Source: Pseudonocardiaceae bacterium (GTDB lineage: Bacteria; Actinomycetota; Actinomycetes; Mycobacteriales; Pseudonocardiaceae). From it: DNA of 64,000 bases. Positions 1 to 8,225 of this stretch are shown here, piece after piece (the stretch's first letter is position 1; the number at the start of each line of letters is the position of its first letter). The notes beneath the pieces are model-generated. The model searched no databases and was not told where the DNA came from. It saw only the letters and a list, made by a program, of their open reading frames with translations. The position numbers and the translations under genes are program-made. The stretch covers positions 9,186-73,185 of the forward strand of contig DASZLR010000141.1 in NCBI GenBank assembly GCA_035552275.1, read 5' to 3'.

Positions 1-1
1 C

Positions 2-1159
2 ATCTCGGTGAACCTGCCGGCGACCATCGCCACCAACACCCAGACCGGGGCGCTCGCGGTCACGGTCGACGCGACCGTGCCCGCGACGGCCACCCAGGGC
101 CTGGACCTGGTGGGCGGCACCAATTTGTCAGGCTCGGCGACGGCCAAGGCGACTCTCAACGAGCCGGGCGGCCAGACCCTGGACCTGAACATCCCGCTGA
201 CCATCCCGACGACGGCCATCCCGCAGGATGGCTCGGCGTTCACGGTGCACGCCACCGGTAGCGCGCCGTCGATCCAGTTCGCGACGGCGGGCAGCGGCTC
301 GGTCGTCGTGGACCCCGCCTTCTCGATGGTCCTGCACATCACGAACGCGAGTGGGGCGGCGACGAGCCTGCCTGACCCGTACAACACCAACTGCACGGCC
401 AACACCGGCCAGAACATGCAGCTGGCGACGTTCACGGTGACCGGTGGCAGCGGTGGCGGCACGACCACCACCACGACCACCCCGCCGACCACCACCACGA
501 CCACCCCGCCGACGAGCACCACGACCACCACGACGCCGCCGTCGAGCACCACGACGACGATGTCAATGCCGTCGACGACCACCACCACGACCAGTGCGGG
601 TGGCGGCACGACCACGACCGGTGGCGGTGGCGGTGGCCCGCTGGTGCTGCACTACGCGGTGAACGGCAGCGCTCACCTGACGACCCTGGGTTCGGACATC
701 AAGGTCGGTCCGGGCACTCTGACGGTGAATGTGGACCTGGCGACCGGCAACCTTTCCGGTCCGTTGGCCCTGCCGAACAACACGACCAGCTTCAACCTGT
801 TCGGATTCGTTCCGGGCACGGCCGAGGTCTCGTTGACTCCGACGGGTCCGGTGACCGGAACCTTCAAACAGGGCGTGGTGAACGTCGATGTGAAGGAGAC
901 GGTCGGGCTGGTCAACGTCACCATCTTCGGTGGCATTCCGCTGGTCAGCAACTCCAGCACCTGCCAGACGACCACGCCGTCTGACATCAAGCTGGCGTCC
1001 GGTTCGGACTTCACCATCACCAACGGTGGCAGTTTGTCCGGCAAGTTCGACCTTTCGGGGCTGAACAACAACTGTGGCGGCCTCGGCGGCTTCATCAGCG
1101 TCTTCACCCAGGGCACCGGCAACACGCTCTCGGTGAAGGTCACGCCGACGACGTCCTGA
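2..1159 (+). CDS. Secreted two-domain protein with Thr/Pro-rich linker, paralog 1 of 6 (N-terminus cut off by window edge)
   Basis: The ORF runs off the left edge. Translation from nt 2 (ISVNLPATIATNTQTGA...) aligns residue by residue with the N-domains of paralogs 4, 5 and 6. The Thr/Pro/Gly linker is at about nt 441-640. The C-domain (YAVNGSAHL...NTLSVKVTPTTS) is shared with paralogs 2-5. GC3 is high. Confidence 0.8.
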   Translation: MSVNLPATIATNTQTGALAVTVDATVPATATQGLDLVGGTNLSGSATAKATLNEPGGQTLDLNIPLTIPTTAIPQDGSAFTVHATGSAPSIQFATAGSGSVVVDPAFSMVLHITNASGAATSLPDPYNTNCTANTGQNMQLATFTVTGGSGGGTTTTTTTPPTTTTTTPPTSTTTTTTPPSSTTTTMSMPSTTTTTTSAGGGTTTTGGGGGGPLVLHYAVNGSAHLTTLGSDIKVGPGTLTVNVDLATGNLSGPLALPNNTTSFNLFGFVPGTAEVSLTPTGPVTGTFKQGVVNVDVKETVGLVNVTIFGGIPLVSNSSTCQTTTPSDIKLASGSDFTITNGGSLSGKFDLSGLNNNCGGLGGFISVFTQGTGNTLSVKVTPTTS

Positions 1160-1176
1160 ACTAGCACGCGGTAGTG

Positions 1177-1220
1177 GTTCGCCCCCGGAGGGTTCCTTCC
1201 TCCGGGGGCGAACCGTCTTT
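1177..1220 (+). terminator. Intrinsic terminator hairpin after paralog 1
   Basis: Perfect 16-bp stem ggttcgcccccggagg (1177-1192) / cctccgggggcgaacc (1199-1214) with a 6-nt loop, followed by gtcttt. It starts 18 nt after the stop codon. Confidence 0.8.
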
Positions 1221-1307
1221 CCGGCGGCGAAGATGTTTATCAGATTCGCACTACTCGCTAACTCGAAATTCGAGCGGAAATAACAACAGGTGGGTTCGAT
1301 TCAGATA

Positions 1308-1336
1308 TTGAATACGGAGCCGTGGCGCGGTAGTTT
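1308..1336 (+). promoter_or_regulatory. Sigma-70 (HrdB-like) promoter candidate for paralog 2
   Basis: TTGAAT (1308-1313), 17-nt spacer, TAGTTT (1331-1336). The same architecture recurs upstream of paralogs 4, 5 and 6. Confidence 0.55.
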
Positions 1337-1413
1337 TGTTCGGCAGCATCGCGCTGTCGTAACGACCGCATGCCCGCCCTTCCATTGCCCATGCTGAGGT
1401 GTTCGGAGACAAC

Positions 1414-2790
1414 ATGACAATGAGCCTGAGGTCGAAGCCACTGCTGAGGGGCGTGGCCGCGGTCGCCGCCGCCGGGGCGGTGGCCGGTGCCGTGGTGCTG
1501 GCCGGCGCCGGTTCGGCATCGGCCGCGACCGACACCCTGGCCCTGGACTACGGGTGCGAGTTCCCGGTCCTCATCCAGGCACAGATGCTGCACACGGTCA
1601 TCAACGTGAACCTCCCGCAGAGCATCGCCGTGGGCACCTCGACCGGCCCGATCAACGTCTCCGCCGCCGTGACGGTGCCCGGATCGGCGACCGCCGGCCT
1701 GAACCTGGTCAGCGCGGCGAGCATCGCGGGCACCGCCATCGCGCCGGCGACGCTGGTCGAGCCCAACGGCAGCTCGCTGCAGTTGCAGGTCAACCTCACC
1801 GTGCCGTCGACTCCGGTGCCGCAGGACGGATCGTCGTTCACGGTGAACGCGACCGGTCAACTGCCGCCGATCCAATTCGGACAGTCGGGCACCGCGACGG
1901 TGAGCGTCGGCAACACCATGTCCACCACGTTGGAGCCCAAGCAGAGCGACGGCACGGACACCGGCATCGGCCAGTTCACCTCGGACTGCACCCTGGCCGC
2001 AGGCCAGAACACCCAGCTCGCCAGCATCGCGGTCGGCACGGGGGGCGGTAGCTCGACCAGCACCACGAGCGGCACGTCCACGTCGCCGACGTCGAGCACC
2101 ACGTCGACCTCGCCCACGTCGAGCACCACCTCAACCACGTCGAGCACCACGAGCACCACGTCGAGCACCACGACCACGACGAGCCCGTCGTCCTCCACTA
2201 CCACCACAAGTCCGTCGTCCTCGACCACGGGAACCACCTCGACCACGGCCAGCTCGTCCGGCGGCGGTTCGCTGCATCTGAACTACGCGGTGAACGGCAC
2301 CAGCCACCTGCAATCGCTGGGTTCGGACATCCCGGTGGGTCCGGGCACCCTCGGAGTCGACGTCAACCTCGCCAGCGGCGCCCTGTCCGGCCCGCTGACC
2401 CTGCCGAACAACACCACCTCGTTCAACCTGTTCGGGTTCGTCCCGGGTACCGCGACCGTGGCGTTGATCCCGCAGGGACCGGTGACCGGCACCTTCCAGC
2501 AAGGCGTGGTGAACGCCGACGTGAAGGAGACGATCAGGCTGGTTGATGTCTCGATCTACGGCGTTCCAATCGTCAGCAACTCCACCACCTGTCAGACGAC
2601 CTCGCCGTCGGACATCCAGCTCAAGTCCGGTTCGGACTTCAGCATCGCCAACGGTGGCACGCTGGCCGGCACCTACAGCATCGCTGGGCTGGCGAACAAC
2701 GGCTGTGGCTTCCTCACCTCGTTCATCAGCGCGTTCACCCAGAGCACGGGCAACACGCTGTCGGTGAAGGTCACCCCGACCACGTCCTGA
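1414..2790 (+). CDS. Secreted two-domain protein with Ser/Thr-rich linker, paralog 2
   Basis: I chose the ATG at 1414 (MTMSLRSKPLLRG...) because the conserved box gttcggagacaa lies immediately upstream, as in paralogs 4-6; the ORF track begins at GTG 1399. There is a signal peptide ending in ASA, an N-domain, a linker at about 2038-2268 and a C-domain ending in NTLSVKVTPTTS. Confidence 0.85.
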   Translation: MTMSLRSKPLLRGVAAVAAAGAVAGAVVLAGAGSASAATDTLALDYGCEFPVLIQAQMLHTVINVNLPQSIAVGTSTGPINVSAAVTVPGSATAGLNLVSAASIAGTAIAPATLVEPNGSSLQLQVNLTVPSTPVPQDGSSFTVNATGQLPPIQFGQSGTATVSVGNTMSTTLEPKQSDGTDTGIGQFTSDCTLAAGQNTQLASIAVGTGGGSSTSTTSGTSTSPTSSTTSTSPTSSTTSTTSSTTSTTSSTTTTTSPSSSTTTTSPSSSTTGTTSTTASSSGGGSLHLNYAVNGTSHLQSLGSDIPVGPGTLGVDVNLASGALSGPLTLPNNTTSFNLFGFVPGTATVALIPQGPVTGTFQQGVVNADVKETIRLVDVSIYGVPIVSNSTTCQTTSPSDIQLKSGSDFSIANGGTLAGTYSIAGLANNGCGFLTSFISAFTQSTGNTLSVKVTPTTS

Positions 2791-2802
2791 CCCGAGCCGG
2801 TC

Positions 2803-2854
2803 ACGGGCCCGGTCCCGGGAGTCATCCTCCCGGGACCGGGCCCGTTTTCTTTTC
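2803..2854 (+). terminator. Intrinsic terminator hairpin after paralog 2
   Basis: Perfect 18-bp stem acgggcccggtcccggga (2803-2820) / tcccgggaccgggcccgt (2828-2845) followed by ttttcttttc. Confidence 0.85.
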
Positions 2855-2888
2855 GCGTCTGTTCCGCCACAACAAGAGGGAGATCACC

Positions 2889-4226
2889 GTGAGATCCAGA
2901 CGGAAGCCGTTACCGCGACTGGTGGCCGCGATCGCGGCGATCGGCGCGACTGCCGGCGTCATCACCCTGGCAGCGGTCGGGTCCGCCGCAGCCAACCCGA
3001 ACACGCTGACGACGAACTACCTGTGCGGCATGCCGGTCATCACCGCCCAGACCGCGAGTGTCGTGTTCAGCGATGACGCGCCGACCATTTTCCCGCTGGG
3101 CCAGCCGACCCCGCCGATTCACCTGACCGCGAACGTGACGATGCCAGCGAACACGGACGAGGCGTTCGACCTCGTCGCCGCCGCGACCGCCCAGACCAGC
3201 GGATCGCTGCGGGTGACCATTACCGACGGCGATGAGACCATTCCCGTGTCGGTGCCGCTGACCGCGCCCGACCTTTCGCTGCCGCAAGACGGCTCGCCAT
3301 TCACCCTGCGGCTCTCCGGCGTGATCCCGTCCCAGACCCTGCGGAACGCGTTCTCCGGTGGCCGCTTCTCAACCGGCGCACTGTCGATCAACTGGGATCT
3401 TTTCCAAGCCGGCGGTGTTGAGACATCGCTGGGCAAGTTCACCTCATCCTGCTCGGTGAACCCGCCGGGCCAGGACACCACGCTGCTCACCTGGGGTCCG
3501 CAGTGCGCCGCCGCTGGCGGCGCGTGTACAAGTCCGCCCTCGAGTTCCACCACCACCAGTACCACCACGACCAGCACCACACCGGTGGTGTCCACGCCCA
3601 CGATTTACACGACGTTCCCGAGCACGGACACCACCACGTTGGAGACATCGCCGGTCAGCGACTTCACCACGACGCCCACGAGCCCCACATCAACTACGAC
3701 GGGCGAACCGATCGTCGCGCTGGGCTACGATGTCAACGGCACCAGCCATCTGAAGTCGTTGAATGCCGACATCACGGTCGGTCCGGGCACGCTCACGATC
3801 AGTCTCAATCTCCAGACGGGCGATTTCTCCGGTCCGTTGACCCTGCCGGACAACACCACCTCGTTCGACCTGTTCGGTTTCCTGCCGGGCACGGCAACCG
3901 TGCGGTTGATTCCGCAGGGTCCGGTCACGGGCGTTTTTCATCAAGGTGTGGCGACCGCGGACGCGAAGGAGACAATTCGGTTGACAAATGTGTCCGTTTT
4001 GGGCGTGCCTATCGTCAGTAACTCGACCACCTGTCAGACGGCGGCGCCATCGGACATCTCGCTGGCATCCGGTCCGAACTTCAGTGTGGTGAATGGCGGA
4101 GCCTTGACCGGCGCGTACAGTATTGGCGCGCTGACTGGCTGTGGCGGTCTCGGCCAGTTCATCAGCGCCTTCGCACAGAGTTCCGGCAACACGATCTTGG
4201 TGGCCGTCACCCCGATCGCGCCCTGA
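2889..4226 (+). CDS. Secreted two-domain protein, paralog 3 (most divergent N-domain)
   Basis: GTG start at 2889 preceded by agagggag. Signal peptide MRSRRKPLPRLVAAIAAIGATAG...AAA. Divergent N-domain, Ser/Thr/Pro linker at about 3505-3710, and a conserved C-domain (YDVNGTSHLKSL...NTILVAVTP). Confidence 0.8.
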   Translation: MRSRRKPLPRLVAAIAAIGATAGVITLAAVGSAAANPNTLTTNYLCGMPVITAQTASVVFSDDAPTIFPLGQPTPPIHLTANVTMPANTDEAFDLVAAATAQTSGSLRVTITDGDETIPVSVPLTAPDLSLPQDGSPFTLRLSGVIPSQTLRNAFSGGRFSTGALSINWDLFQAGGVETSLGKFTSSCSVNPPGQDTTLLTWGPQCAAAGGACTSPPSSSTTTSTTTTSTTPVVSTPTIYTTFPSTDTTTLETSPVSDFTTTPTSPTSTTTGEPIVALGYDVNGTSHLKSLNADITVGPGTLTISLNLQTGDFSGPLTLPDNTTSFDLFGFLPGTATVRLIPQGPVTGVFHQGVATADAKETIRLTNVSVLGVPIVSNSTTCQTAAPSDISLASGPNFSVVNGGALTGAYSIGALTGCGGLGQFISAFAQSSGNTILVAVTPIAP

Positions 4227-4302
4227 CGCACCGATCGTTCGCGGTCCGGCCTCCGGCGTTTCACCACGTCGGGGCCGGGCCACCGGATTCAGCCGACCCC
4301 GA

Positions 4303-4369
4303 CGAGTAATCGGTCAGGTGTTAGTTGGTGACCTGACTTTTGTCATTTGTGAGTGATCATTCGGGCAAT
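4303..4369 (+). terminator. Two weak hairpins downstream of paralog 3
   Basis: A 7-bp stem gtcaggt/acctgac (4303-4327) is followed by ttttgtcatt. A 9-bp stem gtgagtgat/atcactcac (4339-4366) is followed by ttt. The ttttgtcatt motif recurs after the terminators at 6150 and 8056. Confidence 0.4.
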
Positions 4370-4447
4370 CACTCACTTTCGGATAATAAGTCGTCCGGAA
4401 GTTTGGTGACAAGTTGGACACTGGCCGCAGTGGCTTCGATTCAGGTA

Positions 4448-4476
4448 TTGAGACCTGCACTACATCGCGGTAACTT
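4448..4476 (+). promoter_or_regulatory. Sigma-70-like promoter candidate for paralog 4
   Basis: TTGAGA (4448-4453), 17-nt spacer, TAACTT (4471-4476). Confidence 0.55.
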
Positions 4477-4639
4477 TGCCCGTCGGTGTAACGCCGGCGT
4501 AATGATCTTTTTGGCCATGCCCTTTTCACTGGCGCGAGGGAGCGAGTGCGAGGCTGACCGGCGGCGCGCTGCGGGGCGCGAGGGTCGCTGGTCAGATGTC
4601 GAGTTCTCGCGCCGGTGCTGATGTGTTCGGAGACAACAC

Positions 4640-6070
4640 ATGAGAGTGTCCCTGAGATCGAAGCCCGTGCTGCGGGCTTTGGCTGGTGTTGCTGCCGCCG
4701 GTGCGGTGGCGAGCGTTGTGGTGTTGGCGACCGGCGGTTCGGCCTCGGCTGCCAGCCTCTCGCTCAATTGGAATTGTCCGTTTCCGCCCCTGGCGGATCA
4801 GACGCTGGCCACCAACATTTCGGTGAATCTGCCGGCGAGTATTCCGGTGAACACGCAGACCGGGGCGATCAACGTCTCGGTCGCCGCGACGGTGCCCACG
4901 ACCGCGACCCAGGGCCTGGACCTGGTGGGCGGCGCGAGCCTGTCGGGCACGGCGTCCGCGTCGGCCACGCTCAACGAGCCGGGTGGCCAGTCGCTGAACA
5001 TCGTCATCCCGATGACCATCCCGGACACCCCGATCCCGCAGGACGGTTCGGCGTTCACCACGAACGCGAGCGGCTCGGCACCGTCGATCCAGTTCGCGAC
5101 GGCTGGTCAGGGCTCGATCATCGTGGGTGGAACGTTCACGATGAACTTGCACATCAAGAACGCCAGTGGCTCCCCCACCAGCCTGCCTGATCCGTACACC
5201 ACCAACTGCACGGCCCTCACCGGCCAGAACATGCAGTTGGCGACGTTCACGGTGACACCGGTGACGACGTCCAGCACTACGACCACGACGCCGACGACTA
5301 CCACGACGACGCCGACTACCACCACGACGACGCCGACGACTACGACGACGACGCCGACCACTACGACTACTACGACAACGACGCCGACGACGACCACCAC
5401 GACGCCGACGACAACCACCACCACGACGACGCCGACGACCACGACGACGACGCCGACCACCACGACTACCACGCCGACGACTACGACCACGACGCCGACG
5501 ACCACCACGACGACGCCCACCACCACCACGACGACGCCGACCACGAGCACCAGCAGTGGCCCGCCGAGTTCGGTGACCTACGGCGTCAGTGGTACGACGC
5601 ACGTCAAGGCGCTGGGCGCCACTGTTCCGCTCGGTCCGGGCTCGCTGGATGTCAGCATCAGCCCGACCGGCGTCACCGGCAATCTGTCCCTGCCGACCGC
5701 GACGGCCAACTTCAACCTGTTCGGGTTCATTCCTGGCACCGCGCAGGTGAAGCTGAGCTCGGCCAGCCCGACGACGATCAACCTGTCGTCCACTGGCGTC
5801 AAGACCGACACCAAGGAGAACATCCAGCTGAGCACGGTGTCGATCTTCGGCATGTCGCTGCTGTCCGCCGGGTCCACCTGCGAGACGAGCACTCCGGCCG
5901 ACATCGCGCTGTCGTCCGGACCGGGCTTCACCTTGCTGAGCGGTGGTACCTTGTCCGGCAGCTACACGATCCCGCGGCTGAGCGGATGCGGCTTCTTCGC
6001 GCCGTTCATCAACGCTTTCACCGCTGGACCGGGCAACACGATCTCCATCACGGCCACGCCGAAGGCGTGA
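4640..6070 (+). CDS. Secreted two-domain protein with (PTTTTTT)n linker, paralog 4
   Basis: ATG at 4640 preceded by gttcggagacaacac. Signal peptide MRVSLRSKPVLRALAGVAAAGAV...ASAAS, N-domain (LNWNCPFPPLADQTLATNISVNLP...), a roughly 100-aa poly-Thr/Pro linker and a divergent C-domain. Confidence 0.85.
   Translation: MRVSLRSKPVLRALAGVAAAGAVASVVVLATGGSASAASLSLNWNCPFPPLADQTLATNISVNLPASIPVNTQTGAINVSVAATVPTTATQGLDLVGGASLSGTASASATLNEPGGQSLNIVIPMTIPDTPIPQDGSAFTTNASGSAPSIQFATAGQGSIIVGGTFTMNLHIKNASGSPTSLPDPYTTNCTALTGQNMQLATFTVTPVTTSSTTTTTPTTTTTTPTTTTTTPTTTTTTPTTTTTTTTTPTTTTTTPTTTTTTTTPTTTTTTPTTTTTTPTTTTTTPTTTTTTPTTTTTTPTTSTSSGPPSSVTYGVSGTTHVKALGATVPLGPGSLDVSISPTGVTGNLSLPTATANFNLFGFIPGTAQVKLSSASPTTINLSSTGVKTDTKENIQLSTVSIFGMSLLSAGSTCETSTPADIALSSGPGFTLLSGGTLSGSYTIPRLSGCGFFAPFINAFTAGPGNTISITATPKA
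5255..5560 (+). repeat. In-frame tandem repeat of about 21 nt encoding (PTTTTTT)n
   Basis: Roughly a dozen imperfect copies of ccg acg acN acc acg acg acg are visible directly in the sequence. The antisense ORF reads as poly-Val/Gly, which is an artefact. Confidence 0.9.
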
Positions 6071-6117
6071 CGCGGGAGATGCCCTCATCGCCGTGAGGCG
6101 ACGGCCTGCTGCAACTT

Positions 6118-6154
6118 GCCCGCCCCCGGGATTCTTCCCGGGGGCGGGCTTTTG
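6118..6154 (+). terminator. Intrinsic terminator after paralog 4
   Basis: 14-bp stem gcccgcccccggga (6118-6131) / tcccgggggcgggc (6136-6149), 4-nt loop, followed by ttttg. Confidence 0.85.
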
Positions 6155-6226
6155 TCATTGCGGAACAAAAAGCACATGTTCGGTTTTAGGGCGAATTGAC
6201 AACAATAAATAAACATCTGAAAGGGG

Positions 6227-6255
6227 TTGAATGCCTGGCAACGCCACGGTAACTT
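6227..6255 (+). promoter_or_regulatory. Sigma-70-like promoter candidate for paralog 5
   Basis: TTGAAT (6227-6232), 17-nt spacer, TAACTT (6250-6255), set in an AT-rich stretch. Confidence 0.55.
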
Positions 6256-6420
6256 CAGCCTTCGTCAATGTCGTGATCCACTGGCACTGACTAGCTAGTG
6301 ACAGTAACTGAATTAATGGATTTGGTACGGGATGCGGCAACGGTTCGGGGACCGGCGCCGTCGACTCCCTGTCTGATGTCGCGTTGTCGTGCCAATGCTG
6401 CTGCGTTCGGAGACAACGAC

Positions 6421-7995
6421 ATGAGAGTAAGTCTGAGGTCAAAGCCGATCCTCAGGGGTTTGGCCGCGGTCGCGGCGGTCGGCGCTGTCGCCGGCACCGT
6501 GGTGCTGGCTTCCGCTGGGACGGCTTCGGCCAACACCGACAGCCTTAAGTTGAACTTCACCTGTCCGTTCCCGCCGTTGGCGGATCAGACGCTGGCCACG
6601 ACGATCAACGTCACCCTGCCGGCGAGCATCCCGACGAACACCCCGACCGGGGCGATCAACGTCGCGGTGGACGCCGCCGTACCCGCTTCCGCCAGCCAGG
6701 GCTTGCAACTGGTTGGCGGGGCTACGCTGGCGGGCACCGCGACCGCGGGCGCGACGCTCAACGAGCCGGGCGGCCAGAAGCTGGACATCAAGATCCCGCT
6801 GACCATCCCGCAGACGAATATTCCGCAGGATGGTTCGGCGTTCACCGTGCATGCGACCGGCGCGGCGCCGTCGATTCAGTTCGCGACGGCTGGCCAGGGC
6901 TCGATCGTGGTGGCCAATACCTTCACGATGGCCCTGCACATCAAGAACGCGCAGGGCCAGGCCACCAGCCTGCCGGAGCCCTACAACACCAACTGCACGG
7001 GGGCCTCCGGGCAGAACTACAACCTGGGCAGCTTCACGGTGACCGGTGGCGGCGGTGGATCCAGCACGACCGGATCCGCGACCGGCACCTCCACCAGCGG
7101 TTCGGGCACCGAAACCTCGGGTACCTCGACTTCGGGCACGGAGACCTCGGGATCGTCGGAGACTTCGGCGACGTCCGCGACTTCGGGCACCGCGACATCG
7201 GGTACCGAGACTTCGGGTACGGAGACCTCTGGAACCGAAACCTCGGGTACGGAGACCTCGGGCACGGACACCTCCACGTCGATGAGCATGCCTAGCTCGT
7301 CGACCGAGACCTCCGGCACTGAGACTTCGGGCACGGAGACTTCGGGTACCGAGACTTCAGGCACGGCGACATCGGGTACGGAGACCTCTGGAACTGAGAC
7401 CTCTGGAACTGAGACTTCGGGTACCGAGACCTCGGGCACGGAGACCTCCACCCCTGGTGGCGGTGGCGGCGGACTGCACCTGGACTACGCGGTCAACGGC
7501 AGCGCACACCTGAAGACCCTGGGTTCGGACATCAAGGTCGGTCCGGGCACCCTCGGCGTTGACGTCAACCTGAGCAGCGGCGAGCTGCACGGGCCGCTGT
7601 CCCTGCCGGAGAACACCACCAACTTCAACCTGTTCGGGTTCATTCAGGGCTCGGCCAAGGTGAAGCTGGTTCCGGTCGGCGACATCACCGGCACCTTCAA
7701 GCAGGGTGTGGTGAACGTCGACGTCAAGGAGAGGGTTCTGCTGGACACGGTGTCGATCTTCGGCATCCCGCTGGTCAGCAACTCCACCACCTGTGAGACG
7801 ACTACGCCGTCTGACATCAAGCTGGCGTCCGGCTCGGACTTCAGCATCAACAACGGTGGCACGTTGTCGGGCACGTACGACCTCTCCGGGCTGAAGAACA
7901 ACGGGTGCGGCTTCCTCACCCCGTTCATCAGCATGTTCACCCAGGGCGCCGGCAACACGCTCTCGGTGAAGGTGACGCCGACCAAGCCAAGCTAA
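6421..7995 (+). CDS. Secreted two-domain protein with (TETSG)n linker, paralog 5
   Basis: I chose the ATG at 6421 (MRVSLRSKPILRG...) because it follows gttcggagacaacgac. The track ORF starts at 6298, but codons upstream of 6421 have low GC3. There is an N-domain, a roughly 140-aa linker and a C-domain. Confidence 0.85.
   Translation: MRVSLRSKPILRGLAAVAAVGAVAGTVVLASAGTASANTDSLKLNFTCPFPPLADQTLATTINVTLPASIPTNTPTGAINVAVDAAVPASASQGLQLVGGATLAGTATAGATLNEPGGQKLDIKIPLTIPQTNIPQDGSAFTVHATGAAPSIQFATAGQGSIVVANTFTMALHIKNAQGQATSLPEPYNTNCTGASGQNYNLGSFTVTGGGGGSSTTGSATGTSTSGSGTETSGTSTSGTETSGSSETSATSATSGTATSGTETSGTETSGTETSGTETSGTDTSTSMSMPSSSTETSGTETSGTETSGTETSGTATSGTETSGTETSGTETSGTETSGTETSTPGGGGGGLHLDYAVNGSAHLKTLGSDIKVGPGTLGVDVNLSSGELHGPLSLPENTTNFNLFGFIQGSAKVKLVPVGDITGTFKQGVVNVDVKERVLLDTVSIFGIPLVSNSTTCETTTPSDIKLASGSDFSINNGGTLSGTYDLSGLKNNGCGFLTPFISMFTQGAGNTLSVKVTPTKPS
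7044..7472 (+). repeat. In-frame 15-nt tandem repeat encoding (TETSG)n in two blocks
   Basis: Units ggN acN gag acN tcN repeat about 20 times. The blocks are interrupted at 7282-7296 by atgagcatgcctagc (MSMPS). The same MSMPS pentapeptide sits mid-linker in paralog 1 (nt 560-574). Confidence 0.9.
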
Positions 7996-8020
7996 CCTCC
8001 TCAGGCACGGTCGCGACGGA

Positions 8021-8059
8021 CTCGCCCCCAGGGTTTTTCCAACCCTGGGGGCGAGTTTT
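8021..8059 (+). terminator. Intrinsic terminator after paralog 5
   Basis: 15-bp stem ctcgcccccagggtt (8021-8035) / aaccctgggggcgag (8041-8055), followed by ttttg. Confidence 0.85.
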
Positions 8060-8122
8060 GTCATTCCCCTTTGTCCTTTGCTGACAAGGATGCGCATCCA
8101 GGCGCGACTTCCGTTGCGAGCC

Positions 8123-8151
8123 TTGAGAGTTCCGGTACGGGCGAGTAACTT
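8123..8151 (+). promoter_or_regulatory. Sigma-70-like promoter candidate for paralog 6
   Basis: TTGAGA (8123-8128), 17-nt spacer, TAACTT (8146-8151). Confidence 0.55.
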
Positions 8152-8225
8152 CAGCCGCCGATATGTCTTTAGCGAACGGCAAAAACTAACAACTGATTTT
8201 CGGGGCCAAGGCGTTCGGAGACAAG

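Noticed and set aside
5107-5550. Highly regular short repeats (poly-Val/Gly antisense ORF; similar at 7017-7451) as a possible CRISPR array or satellite
   Set aside because: The repeats are in-frame 21-nt and 15-nt units inside the Thr-rich linkers of paralogs 4 and 5. There are no unique spacers, no palindromic 28-37-nt repeats and no cas genes.
6298-6420. Upstream extension of paralog 5 (track ORF start at 6298); similarly 1399 for paralog 2, 21066 for the SDR, 34776 for the reductase, 40812 for the outer IEP, 46520 for DUF2961, 58570 for the PKS, 60164 for the FAAL and 61753 for the ABC ATPase
   Set aside because: The extensions have low GC3 or lie inside upstream genes or the intron junction. 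They lack homology to the paralogues. Downstream ATGs are better placed relative to RBS-like sequences or conserved leader boxes.
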